From the NCBI GenBank assembly GCA_950097015.1, contig CATNEN010000006.1, positions 310,001 to 374,000 of the forward strand: a stretch of DNA of 64,000 nucleotides. Direction: 5' to 3'. Positions 1 to 21,600 of this stretch are shown piece by piece. Each line of letters opens with the position of its first letter. Within the stretch, counting starts at the first letter, position 1. The position numbers were made by a program, and so were the translations under genes. This DNA comes from Macrostomum hystrix. Taxonomy: Eukaryota > Animalia > Platyhelminthes. The notes beneath the pieces were generated by a model. The model was not told the origin of the DNA. It saw nothing but the letters and a program-made list of their open reading frames with translations, and made no database searches.

Positions 1-791
1 ATATTTTGGCAGTTGCTGTTGCAGTTACTTATATAGTTATAGCTAGCTGGGCCTAGCAAACTGGCTAATAAATTTCTAGAGCCTATAGATAAAGTCAGGT
101 TCATTTTTCTTTCATTTAACCAGAAATTTTTCTGTCTACAAAACCTAAAACTTGAGTTATATATTCTTTATTACAAGCTAGCACATATTGACTTAATCAT
201 AATATAAAGTATCTTTAAATAAGCATATACTCTTTTAGGTCCAGAGATTAAGCACAAACTTTCCTTTAGTCAATGGATTCACTCTTGGAAGGTGTCAAAA
301 TGCTGAAAATGTATTCAAAATTTTACAACAAGAACCATGTATCTGAAATATTAATTCATAGATGGACAATTAATGTATATCTATTTTAAGCATCATACAC
401 TTTAAGAATTTAAGAAACATCTAGGTACAATGTGGCCCTTTTCTTCAATCAAGCAGCAATTAACATTTATAAATTTGAAACATTTACTTGTAGCTTTAGC
501 AAACTATGTATGGCAGATCATTTTAATTTTTAAACATCTTACATAATTTTATGTTAGTAAGCATTTTTCATAACTTCATAAAATTTTACATAAACAGTTT
601 TTCTTTGTTTGTGTATACTTGCTTTTCACATTTGATTCAATAAGTAAGTTAATCTTATTAAAATAAAAGTTTTTTTGTAACTTATTTTTTTATAATACAT
701 ATATCTCATTTTTACCCAAAGTCTCACAAATTATAATAAGTTACTTACTTAGTATCACTAATACAAACTAAATTGCATTTAATGATTGTAG

Positions 792-9789
<8,998 letters not shown>

Positions 9790-10128
9790 CACTCGACCTT
9801 TTTTTGAATTATTTTAGATCAAATTTTAAATTGGCGCTGAATTGCGTAGTGTATGAAAATCAAGCAAGTTTCATTTTCTGTTCATACATTTCACGCCTTT
9901 ATTCGTGATAAGTTTTGGTGCGAATTGCAAATTAGCTCTGATTTGGGTAGTGACATTTATTTAAACAATTTACATTTAATGGGGCTACAATTTTAATTAC
10001 TATTGATATTCAGGACCACAAGCAGAATTAACAACAACTTTCTTGTAACTTCCATTTTGATTACAGCTTTAAAAATTTCTAATTACGGAATAATGAAAGC
10101 TTTTAATTCTATAAACCAAAATGTATGT

Positions 10129-10134
10129 AATAAA
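10129..10134 (+). promoter_or_regulatory. Candidate RSK polyadenylation signal
   Basis: AATAAA 340 nt after the stop; the region is AT-rich, so a chance match is possible. Confidence 0.3.
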
Positions 10135-11549
10135 GCATGTTATCCTACTTGCGTTAGTAGTATCTTGAGAGTTTTGCTAACCATTTTGAATAAGCCAATT
10201 AAGTAAAGCATTGCATGCTGCTATGTCCATCTGTTCTCTTAGTTCATTGTGTCATTTCTTATCAGACTGCAGCGAAACTGATGCATGCCGAAATGATTGT
10301 ATTCCGTCTTAGATTCTTAGATTTAGATTCCGTCTAGTTGATTTATTGTCATTGTACGACAACGGCAGTAAGAGCCCGTTCATACGGCAGTGAGCCAATT
10401 CAGGCCGAGGGTCAAAAATCAAAATATTTAAGTTTAACAGAGCGATAAGGAAGGGGGGTTGGTTAGAAGGGTAACATGTGCGCGGACTGGCCAGAGGTAA
10501 GAGATGAAACGCAGGGGAAGGAAAGAGAGACGAGGTGAGAGCCAATCAGAGCCGAGAGAGAAGATAAGGCTAATAAATAAATTGAACCGGCAGGGGGAGA
10601 GAGTACATTAAGAGGGCACGCGAAATGAGAAACCAGGGAGAAGTTAATACAGTACGTTTCAATTTGATATTGATTGCTGCAGGTGTTGTTTTATTATTGC
10701 TGTACACACAGTGTGGCACTTAACTCTCAGTAACTATAGATTATATTTATTAACTGGTTTCTTTGTTGATTGTCTGATTTATTTCGTGTTTGTTTTATTG
10801 TTTTATTTATTTTATTTTGCGAAACAAACTTCAGACCTATTTGTTAAGAGTAGTTACTTGGCTACAATCTCTGATTTTCTTTCTCTCATTGTTTTCTGTA
10901 CTCATCTGATTTTATTTTTCATTTTGATTCAAAAAAAATTTCTCAATAAGTTTTGAATTTTTGTAAAAAAAATAATTATTTTTCTGTTACACATTACAGT
11001 CGCTGCAGGCATTAGAAATAAGAGACCAATTGTTTTTATATTAAACTGATCCATTTTTAATTCCATTGTTTTAATTGACATGGACGCACAAGTATAACAT
11101 TTATTTTCGTTGTTGTTTCTTAGAAATCAATATTATAAACTAATCTGTGCCAGCTTCTGGGCATTGGCCGACTTTATTATTATTAAATATCTTTTTTTCT
11201 ACCAATAATTTTATTGCTAATGTACATAGCTGGCTACTGATCAGTACGAGTGTACTTTGATATTAGTTCTGTGCCTGCTCTTGTTGGCATTAAAAATTGC
11301 TTGTAAAAAAGCAACTTTGGCAGAGAAGTTTATATTTGCAACAAAACTGTCAATTTTATCTGAAATAAAAGTCTTCTCTTTTGTGAAAACGAGCTACGGC
11401 TGCTCGAATTTGGCAAAATTTATTCTGTGATGCCATGGCCATATCCTAAACACTATAAGCAAACCGAGTGTTGATTGAATTGGACTAAATTTTATAACTA
11501 TATTTGCATGTCCGTTCCATGCAGAGGTGACGCACAGTTTTTCATCTTA

Positions 11550-11925
11550 GCCGAGGTGATTTTCTTAATTTCTTTTACGGTAAGCCGAGGGGATTTTCTT
11601 AATTTCTTTTACGGTAAGCCGAGGTGATTTTCTTAATTTCTTTTACGGTAAGCCGAGGGGATTTTCTTAATTTCTTTTACGGTAAGCCGACCTGATTTTC
11701 TTAATTTCTTTTACGGTAAGCCGACCTGATTTTCTTAATTTCTTTTACCGTGAGCCGAGCTGATTTTCTTAATTTCTTTTACGGTAAGCCGACCTGATTT
11801 TCTTAATTTCTTTTACCGTGAGCCGAGCTGATTTTCTCATGAGTTTAGCTGATTTTCTCATGAGTTTAGCTGATTTTCTCATGAGTTTAGCTGATTTTCT
11901 CATGAGTTGAGCTGATTTTCTCATG
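11550..11925. repeat. Compound minisatellite (34-bp then 21-bp unit) between the convergent RSK and PLXDC 3' ends
   Basis: gattttcttaatttcttttacggtaagccgaggt, then gattttctcatgagtttagct. Confidence 0.93.
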
Positions 11926-12463
11926 ATTTCCCCATCAGCTAGGGTGGAAAATATTTTTTATCTCTTGTTGAGCATGTTTCTCGGATATTCACGCATATCA
12001 AATGCGCTATGGCCGCTATCCTTCACTAAAATAATAAGTAATAAAAAGTCAGGATGCCGTGCGTTGACGCTAGAAATTAAAACAATTAAAACTGTAATCG
12101 AGCGGTGCAGCTGTACTTGTTTTCTGAGCGAAATTCGGCTTAAAAATATACACAGTGACAGATATCCAACTGTCTAAGCTGGTGTTGATAAAAATTGGCA
12201 AGTAAAACGAAAAATTCTTTTTAGGCAGATTAAATAAAAAATGACGACATTAAGAATCGAATCGTAGATATTGTTGAATGAATATTGTCAATTTTTATAA
12301 AGAAAAGTATAAGCTTTGAGTTTTTGAGGTAAAATTTCTTGAAATAGGCCGCTGGTTGCCGCGGATACCAAAAAAGGCTTACTTTTAGAATTTGAATGAC
12401 AGACAGACAGCCGTTAAAAAGTTTGTGACGCGCAATGAGTCGGTATGTGGTGAAACCGCATTG

Positions 12464-12469
12464 TTTATT
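12464..12469 (-). promoter_or_regulatory. Candidate PLXDC polyadenylation signal
   Basis: AATAAA on the minus strand about 36 nt after the stop. Confidence 0.3.
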
Positions 12470-12504
12470 CTGGTTTCGCAGCTCCAGCTGGCAGTTGTCG
12501 GCAG

Positions 12505-12679
12505 TCAGGCGTTGCTGAAATTCGCGTAGGCATTGTCCGAGCTCACCTTGTAGCTGTCGCCGGCGACGCCGCCAGAACTAGCGCTGGGGCCTCCACCGAA
12601 AAATCTTTCGCGACAGCGACTCGGCCGGTGCTCGATTAGCCAGGCTCCGATGCTGCTGCCGGGGTGACGGAATCCGTAC
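12505..12679 (-). CDS. PLXDC: PLXDC last exon: cytoplasmic tail
   Basis: cctcag|G TAC GGA TTC...GCC TGA; [21 protein letters not shown]. Confidence 0.9.
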
Positions 12680-15600
12680 CTGAGGTGGTGGCAAGCAGCT
12701 CGGGTGCGTAAGCAGAATGAGCAGTGACAGTATGAGCATTGACAGTATGAGCAGTGACAGTATGAGCAGTGACAGAATGAGCAGTGACAGTATGAGCATT
12801 GACAGTATGAGCAGTGACAGTATGAGCATTGACAGTATGAGCATTGACAGTATGAGCAGTGACAGTATGAGCAGTGACAGAATGAGCCGTGACAAGTGAC
12901 AGAATGAGTTGACAGTGTGAGCAGTTACAGTATGAGCAGTGACAAAATGAGCAGTGGCAGTATGAGCAGCGACAGAATGAGCAGTGGCAGTATGAGCAGC
13001 GACAGAATGAGCAGTGGCAGTATGAGTAGCGACAGAATGAGCAGTGACAGCATGAGCAGTGACCAGTGACAGAATGAGCAGTGGCAGTATGAGCAGCGAC
13101 ATAATGAGCAGTGGCAGTATGAGCAGCGACAGAATGAGCAGTGGCAGTATGAGTAGCGACAGAATGAGCAGTGGCAGTATGAGCATTGACAGAATGAGCA
13201 GTGGCAGTATGAGCAGTGACAGAATGAGCAGTGGCAGCAGTTGCTCACAGCAGTACTCCAGCAAGGCAGGCGACCAAGCCGAGGCCCAGCAGTCCCAGGC
13301 AGACGCCGAGCGTGATTCGGCCGCTGCGCTCATTGGCGGCCTGTGCGGGTGTCTTGCCGTCGCGTCTGCTCATCGGGCTACCGCTCTTGCTGATGCAGGC
13401 ACCTTCGGCCTGCGTAAGGATGGGTTAATTAATGTTTGATTGGCACCATATTGTTAGTTTGTTAAATAATTAAGTGATTCACAAAAAACAAATTCAGTGA
13501 CAGACAGAGCGGCACTATTAAAGAAAATTTAGAATCTTATTTTTAAAGCAAGGAAAATGCAAATATAAAAGTAAAGTTAAAAAAGTGACTGTGGCGCCAG
13601 GAAGCTGAGAGAACAAAAAAACAGTATTTTTATTTTCGTACGCAGTCTTGGTCCCCGACACGGTCTTCTGTTCCTTCAGTAGTAGGCAATGCTACATCCG
13701 CATTTGCGATGGTTGCCATAGCAGTGGTGGATGTCGGTATTGCGGTTGTGGCAGCAACGGTCGTTTTGTTCCAGCAGCGCTTTGTAAGCTAATTAGTTTT
13801 ATTTTTAGTGCAACAGATCGTTACTTTAGTTTGCACTTCAGTAGAATGGCCAATTAATTATGTGTTTGGATCACTTTTAAATTGGGATATGTTGTTACGG
13901 GGACGGGTTGCTTGGGAAATGGTTTGTTAGGAGGATGGGTTGTTAGGGAGATCGGTTGCTAGGGGGATGTGTTGATAGGGAGATAGGATGGTTAGTGGGT
14001 TGGATGGTTGGTGGGTTGGATGGTTGGTGGGTTGGATGGTTAGTGGGTTGGATGGTTAGTGCGTTGGATGGTTAGTGGGTTGGATGGTTGGTGGGTTGGA
14101 TGGTTGGTGGGTTGGATGGTTGGTGGGTTGGATGGTTAGTGGGTTGGATGGTTAGTGGGTTGGATGGTTGGTGGGTTGGATGGTTGGTGGGTTGGATGGT
14201 TAGTGGGTTGGATGGTTGGTGGGTTGGATGGTTAGTGGGTTGGATGGTTAGTGGGTTGAATAGTTAGTAAGTTAGATGGTTGGTGGGTTGGATGGTTAGT
14301 GGGTTGGATGGTTAGTGGGTTGAATAGTTAGTAAGTTGGATGGTTGGTGGGTTGGATGGTTAGTGGGTTGGATGATTGGTGGGTTGGATGGTTAGTGGTT
14401 TGGATGATTGGTGGGTTGGATGGTTAGTGGGTTGGATGGTTGGTGGGTTGGATGGTTAGTGGGTTGGATGGTTAGTGGGTTGAATAGTTAGTAAGTTAGA
14501 TGGTTGGTGGGTTGGATGGTTAGTGGGTTGGATGGTTAGTGGGTTGAATAGTTAGTAAGTTGGATGGTTGGTGGGTTGGATGGTTAGTGGGTTGGATGGT
14601 TAGTGGGTTGAATAGTTAGTAAGTTGGATGGTTAGTGGGTTGGATGGTTAGTGGGTTGGATGGTTAGTGGGTTGAATAGTTAGTAAGTTGGATGGTTGGT
14701 GGGTTGGATGGTTAGTGGGTTGGATGGTTAGTGGGTTGGATGGTTAGTGGGTTGGATGGTTAGTCGGTTGGATGGTTGCTGGGTTGGATGGTTAGTGGGT
14801 TGAATGGTTAGTGGGTTGAATAGTTAGTGGGTTGGATGGTTGGTGAGTTGAATAGCTAGTGGGTTGGATGGTTAGTGGGTTGGATGGTTAGTGGGTTGGT
14901 TATTCAAACAATTTTACACTTTGCTCTTTGCTCGGATTGTCTACCTCACAACGTAACACTGCAATTTGTACGTTATAACAGAAGACAGGAAACACTCTAA
15001 GAATACACCCACCGTGTAGTGACAATCCGAGTCGTGCCACTGCTGCAGGCGCCTGTCCAAACCGGAGCTGCAGCGGTTGAGCTCGTAGCACCAGCTGCAG
15101 TTGAAGCTCGGCACATTGGCCCGATTAGTGCAGCTCGAACAGTTCGTCTGCTGGTTGCAGGCTGCGATAGTAAAAACACTTTTTGCACCGTAGTGAGCGA
15201 CGCTTCCTTCTACCTCTGTCACTCTCCTTCTACCTTTGTCACTCTCCTTCTACCTCTGTCACTCTCCTTCTACCTCTGTCACTCTCCTTCTACCTCTGTC
15301 ACTCTCCTTCTATCTCTGTCACTCTCCTTCTACCTCTGTCACTCTCATTCTACCACTGTCACTCTCCTTCTACCTCTGTCACTCTCCTTCTACCTCTGTC
15401 ACTCTCTTTCTAACTCTGTCACTCTCCTTGTACCTCTGTCACTCTCATTCTACCACTGTCACTCTCCTTCTACCTCTGTCACTCTCATTCTACTACTGTC
15501 ACTCTCCTTCTACCTCCGTCACTCTCCTTGTACCTCTTAATCACTCTCATTCTATCTCTGTCACTCTCTTTCTACCTCTGTCACTCTCCTTCTACCTCTG

Positions 15601-18600
15601 TCACTCTCCTTCTACCTCTGTCACTCTCATTCTACCTCTGTCACTCTCCTTCTACCTCTGTCACTCTCATTCTACCACTGTCACTCTCCTTCTACCTCCG
15701 TCACTCTCCTTGTACCTCTTAATCACTCTCCTTCTACCTCTGTCACTCTCCTTCTACTGATCTGTAGAAGTAATAGTTTAAATAAATAAACGTATAGCAT
15801 CTCACTTGGCAGGTGAATCAAGTGAATGATTCCGTCAGTAGCAACGTGATCCCAGGGCACAACCAGTTCGTGGTATTTGACAATCCTTCGCAGCACAGCA
15901 CCTGGGGGCATTACTATTAATTTTTGTCCAGGGAATACAATGGGTAATAGAAACGGCAGGTTAGAAACGCATTGACAGAGTTAGGCTCTAGTAAGATTAA
16001 TTTTAGGGATACAAAGAAGTTATAAAGTTAAGGCATAACTAATAAAGCGATAGGCATGTATTGAAAATAAAAGGACATTAGCAACCCCAAAGGGCTAGTT
16101 AGTAAATAAGTGAAGCAAATAATGCCAAATAATGTCTTAGATAGATTACACAAAGCCCAGAGTGGACCAATCTAATGTGGCAGGGACCAATCTAATGTGG
16201 CAGGGACCAATCTAATGTGGCAGGGACCAATCTAATGTGGCAGGGACCAATCTAATGTGGCAGGGACCAATCTAATGTGGCAGGGACCAATCTAATGTGG
16301 CAGGGACCGATCTAATGTGGCAGGGACCAATCTAATGTGGCAGGGACCAATCTAATGTGGCAGGGAACAATCTAATGTGGCAGGGACCAATCTAATGTGG
16401 CAGGGACCAATCTAATGTGGCAGGGAACAATCTAATGTGGCAGGGACCAATCTAATGTGGCAGGGACCAATCTAATGTCCCTGTTACTAATTACTAGTAG
16501 TTTACGTTCACAAGAAATCTGCAATTCTAATCAGAAATGCTGGAATAGCGAACAATAAACTCACCAATCACGGGGGCTTGTACATCGTAGTAGAAGGCGT
16601 CAGACAAGCCGATCTTCAGAATGGACGAAGCCGACCTTAGAGCCGCCATGCTGATGGGAATCTGCCGATGGATGCATTGATAGGTTAAGAATGACCCGGA
16701 CTGTCTCATGAGCATTCATTGCAATCTTGTACACTTACTGATATGTAGTCAAAAACGATAGACCCGTTAGAGAACAGGGCGCATTGAAAAGAGAAGGTCC
16801 CGACTGAAAATAGATTTTAGATAATTTTTTATGCTAAATGTACGCACCGCACTACTTAAAGCGACATGGTAAACTTTCTATTCGAATTTTCAACTCACGC
16901 GAAAAGTTGCTGCTCACAATCAGATTCTCCCAGCGCACCCAGAAGGCGTCCTCGATTTCCACGAATTTAATAGAAGAGATATCGCTCTTGGTTTCAAAGT
17001 CGGCCATCAACGGGGCGATGAACTGGGAGAATGACAGGTAGGGATGACTGAGCTCGTTCATGTAGATAAAGCCTGAAAAGTGAAAGTACATGAAACAATC
17101 GATTGACTTCTAATTTTCCTCAATCAGAAATCGACAAAATTTCGGCACAAAACTATGATTTGCACTATACTAGGAAGCTTGAACCTAAAGAAAAACAAAA
17201 ATTATAAAATAAAGCAAAAACCAACGATATTTTAGAAAATATCGAATACTTAAACACGGGAAATAAAAGTTTGAAAACAGCAAATGAAGCTATACCTGAG
17301 CAATCACGCACACATATACTGTACGCAGGCACACGCTCACACAGGTGTGTACATCTGCCCTGACTTTTTCATCTTCAGGCAGTGTAAACTCTCACTGTGC
17401 CTTGGAGGTTGGCCCTCAAGGGCGTAAATTGCACGACAAGCCCCCAAGCCTTCGCTCGCGGCTGCGCCCCAAACAAATGTGGCCTCGATGCGGAATCGAG
17501 CTCAGGGACCTTGGTGCGAGAGACAGACGCGTTAGACCGCTCTGGTGCTCATCTAGGGTAGAATGACAGATAAAGTGACAGATAGGGTAGAAGGAGAGTG
17601 ACAGAGGTAGAAAGAGAGTGACAGAGGTAGAAAGAAAGTGACAGAGGTAGAAAGAGAGTGACAGAGGTAGAAAGAGAGTGACAGGGGTAGAAAGAGAGTG
17701 ACAGAGGTAGAAAGAGAGTGACAGAGGTAGAAAGAAAGTGACAGAGGTAGAAAGAGAGTGACAGAGGTAGAAAGAGAGTGACAGAGGTAGAAAGAGAGTG
17801 ACAGAGGTAGAAAGAGAGTGACAGAGGTAGAAAGAGAGTGACAGAGGTAGAAAGAGAGTGACAGAGGTAGAAAGAAAGTGACAGAGGTAGAAAGAGAGTG
17901 ACAGAGGTAGAAAGAGAGTGACAGAGGTAGAAAGAGAGTGACAGAGGTAGAAAGAGAGTGACAGAGGTAGAAAGAGAGTGACAGAGGTAGAAAGAGAGTG
18001 ACAGAGGTAGAAAGAAAGTGACAGAGGTAGAAAGAGAGTGACAGAGGTAGAAAGAGAGTGACAGAGGTAGAAAGAGAGTGACAGAGGTAGAAAGAGAGTG
18101 ACAGAGGTAGAAAGAGAGTGACAGAGGTAGAAAGAAAGTGACAGAGGTAGAAAGAGAGTGACAGAGGTAGAAAGAGAGTGACAGAGGTAGAAAGAGAGTG
18201 ACAGAGGTAGAAAGAGAGTGACAGAGGTAGAAAGAGAGTGACAGAGGTAGAAAGAGAGTGACAGAGGTAGAAAGAAAGTGACAGAGGTAGAAAGAGAGTG
18301 ACAGAGGTAGAAAGAGAGTGACAGAGGTAGAAAGAGAGTGACAGAGGTAGAAAGAGAGTGACAGAGGTAGAAAGAGAGTGACAGAGGTAGAAGGAGAGTG
18401 ACAGAGGTAGAAGGAGAGTGACAGAGGTAGAAGGAGAGTGACAGAATTAGAAGGAGAGTGACAGAGGTAGAAGGAGAGTGACAGAGGTAGAAGGAGAGTG
18501 ACAAAGGTAGAAGGAGAGTGACAGAATTAGAAGGAGAGTGACAAAGGTAGAAGGAGAGTGACAAAGGTAGAAGGAGAGTGATTAAGAGGTACAAGGAGAG

Positions 18601-21600
18601 TGACGGAGGTAGAAGGAGAGTGACAAAGGTAGAAGGAGAGTGATTAAGAGGTACAAGGAGAGTGACGGAGGTAGAAGGAGAGTGACAGTAGTAGAATGAG
18701 AGTGACAGGGGTAGAAAGAGAGTGACAGAGGTAGAAAGAGAGTGACAGAGGTAGAAAGAGAGTGACAGAGGTAGAAAGAGAGTGACAGAGGTAGAAGGAG
18801 AGTGACAGAGGTAGAAGGAATGAGAGTGAAGTGGCCTTTCTATAAAACTAGACAACTTTAACTCCAGAAATAGCGAAAAACCGGAAAATGAGACTCCTAA
18901 GAAACGACTTTCAATAGATAAATAATTTAGCGCTGATATTTCTAAATACAGGTGCATAAAACCTGGACAGGACAAGTGGCGGAGAGAATGAATAGTCCGG
19001 GTAGAGAGCTAAACTGGATAGTACTGGCGAGATTCAGTCGGTGGATGTCACACTCCAACAGGGGGAAGGGAACAATGGAAAGGCAGTGTTGAAATTTTCA
19101 TGGCTTAGTCGGATTGTAGCTAATGGTAGCTACTGTAGGGCTGGGATGCCAGCCTAATTGTACATATCTTGTGCACTTCAACAAGTGCGTCATGAGACAA
19201 GAAGCCAACCTTGTGCGCGCTTATTTTATCTCCGAAAAAAACCAGCTAGTACGCACCTGCTATGCCATTTCAGAGCAGGAAAGAAAGTGCAAACAAACAA
19301 CTGGTTGTCATGGCAACAGAATACTCACCCCCGGTAGTGATAACGACAGTCTTCACCGGATGGCCGTAGAAGTCAAATGGAAATTTGAGTGGAACAGTCT
19401 AGGAAGGAGGCGGAACCGGTGGGGTGAAAGTAAATTAGAACGATTGAGACTATAACATCTTATATAACATCTATGACACAAAAGGCACACAAAATAGTTT
19501 TTATTGTAAAAATTCAGTGACTTAAAAACAATACTCACCAGAGCCAAGTTTCGGCCATTGTTCATATTAAGGTTGGTCTTGGTCGGATAAGTAGAAAATA
19601 TCCTATCAAACTCGGCTGAATAGTAAGCGCTCAACGGATGATTAATAGCCACAGTCTTGTTGTAGTAGACGTGGTTATCCTGAAATTTGAGAACACTCAT
19701 GTATCGCTTTGAATAATTTGGGCGTGTCCATATCGCCTGATCTGACAGGTTTTAACTATACTAATTGTGCTCACACTCGCACAGAAAAAGTGAAAGTGCT
19801 TACTTAGCAACTTATTTGGGAATTGGTGGTTCAGGAATTGACTTGTGTATGACTTCATCTGTTCAGGAGTTTATCTTATTAGGGATCCATCTGTTCAGGA
19901 GTTCATCTGTTCAGGAGTTTATCTGATTAGGGATCCATCTGTTAAGGAGTTCATCTGTTCAGGAGTTTATCTGTTCAGGAGTTCATCTGTTCAGGAGTTC
20001 ATCTGTTCAGGAGTTCATCTGTTCAGGAGTTCATCTGTTCGGGAGTTCATCTGTTCAGGAGTTTATCTGTTCAGGAGTTCATGTGTTCGGGAGTTCATGT
20101 GTTCAGGAGTTTATCTGTTCAGGAGTTCATGTGTTCGGGAGTTCATCTGTTCAGGAGTTTATCTGTTCAGGAGTTTATCTGTTCAGGAGTTTATCTGTTC
20201 AGGAGTTTATCTGTTCAGGAGTTCATCTGTTCAGGAGTTCATCTGTTCAGGAGTTTATCTGTTCAGGAGTTCATCTGTTCAGGAGTTCATCTGTTCAGGA
20301 GTTCATCTGTTCAGGAGTTCATCTGTTCAGGAGTTTATCTGTTCAGGAGTTCATCTGTTCAGGAGTTCATCTGTTCAGGAGTTCATCTGTTCAGGAGTTC
20401 ATCTTTTCAGGAGTTCATCTGTTCAGGAGTTTATCTGTTCAGGAGTTCATGTGTTCGGGAGTTCATGTGTTCAGGAGTTTATCTGTTCAGGAGTTCATGT
20501 GTTCGGGAGTTCATCTGTTCAGGAGTTCATCTGTTCAGGAGTTCATCTGTTCAGGAGTTCATCTGTTCAGGAGTTCATCTGTTCAGGAGTTTATCTGTTC
20601 AGGAGTTCATGTTTTCGGGAGTTCATGTGTTCAGGAGTTTATCTGTTCAGGAGTTCATGTGTTCGGGAGTTCATCTGTTCAGGAGTTTATCTGTTCAGGA
20701 GTTAATCTGTTCAGGAGTTTATCTGTTCAGGAGTTTATCTGTTCAGGAGTTTATCTGTTCAGGAGTTCATCTGTTCGGGAGTTCATGTGTTCAGGAGTTT
20801 ATCTGTTCAGGAGTTCATGTGTTCAGGAGTTCATCTGTTCAGGAGTTCATGTGTTCAGGAGTTCATCTGTTCAGGAGTTCATCTGTTCAGGAGTTTATCT
20901 GTTCAGGAGTTTATCTGTTCAGGAGTTCATGTGTTCAGGAGTTCATCTGTTCAAGAGTTCATCTGTTCAGGAGTTTATCTGTTCAGGAGTTCATCTGTTC
21001 GGTAGTTCATGTGTTCAGGAGTTTATCTGTTCAGGAGTTTATCTGTTCAGGAGTTCATGTGTTCAGGAGTTTATCTGTTCAGGAGTTTATCTGTTCAGGA
21101 GTTCATGTGTTCAGGAGTTCATCTGTTCAGGAGTTCATCTGTTCAGGAGTTTATCTGTTCAGGAGTTCATCTGTTCGGGAGTTCATCTGTTCGGGAGTTC
21201 ATCTGTTCAGGAGTTCATCTGTTCAGGAGTTCATCTGTTCGGGAGTTCATCTGTTCGGGAGTTCATCTGTTCAGGAGTTCATCTGTTCAGGAGTTCATCT
21301 GTTCGGGAGTTCATGTGTTCAGGAGTTCATCTGTTCAGGAGTTCATCTGTTCAGGAGTTCATGTGTTCAGGAGTTTATCTGTTCAGGAGTTTATCTGTTC
21401 AGGAGTTCATGTGTTCAGGAGTTCATCTGTTCAGGAGTTCATCTGTTCAGGAGTTTATCTGTTCAGGAGTTCATCTGTTCGGGAGTTCATCTGTTCGGGA
21501 GTTCATCTGTTCAGGAGTTCATCTGTTCAGGAGTTCATCTGTTCGGGAGTTCATCTGTTCGGGAGTTTATCTGTTCAATGAGTTTATCTGTTCAATGAGT

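Noticed and set aside
13985-14900. Interstitial telomeric repeat
   Set aside because: It contains GGTTAG, but the unit is 16 bp with no TTAGGG runs.
16662-16715. ORF-track extension [18 protein letters not shown] as part of PLXDC
   Set aside because: A separate 65-nt exon (16739-16803) restores the conserved motif and phase, so this stretch is intron.
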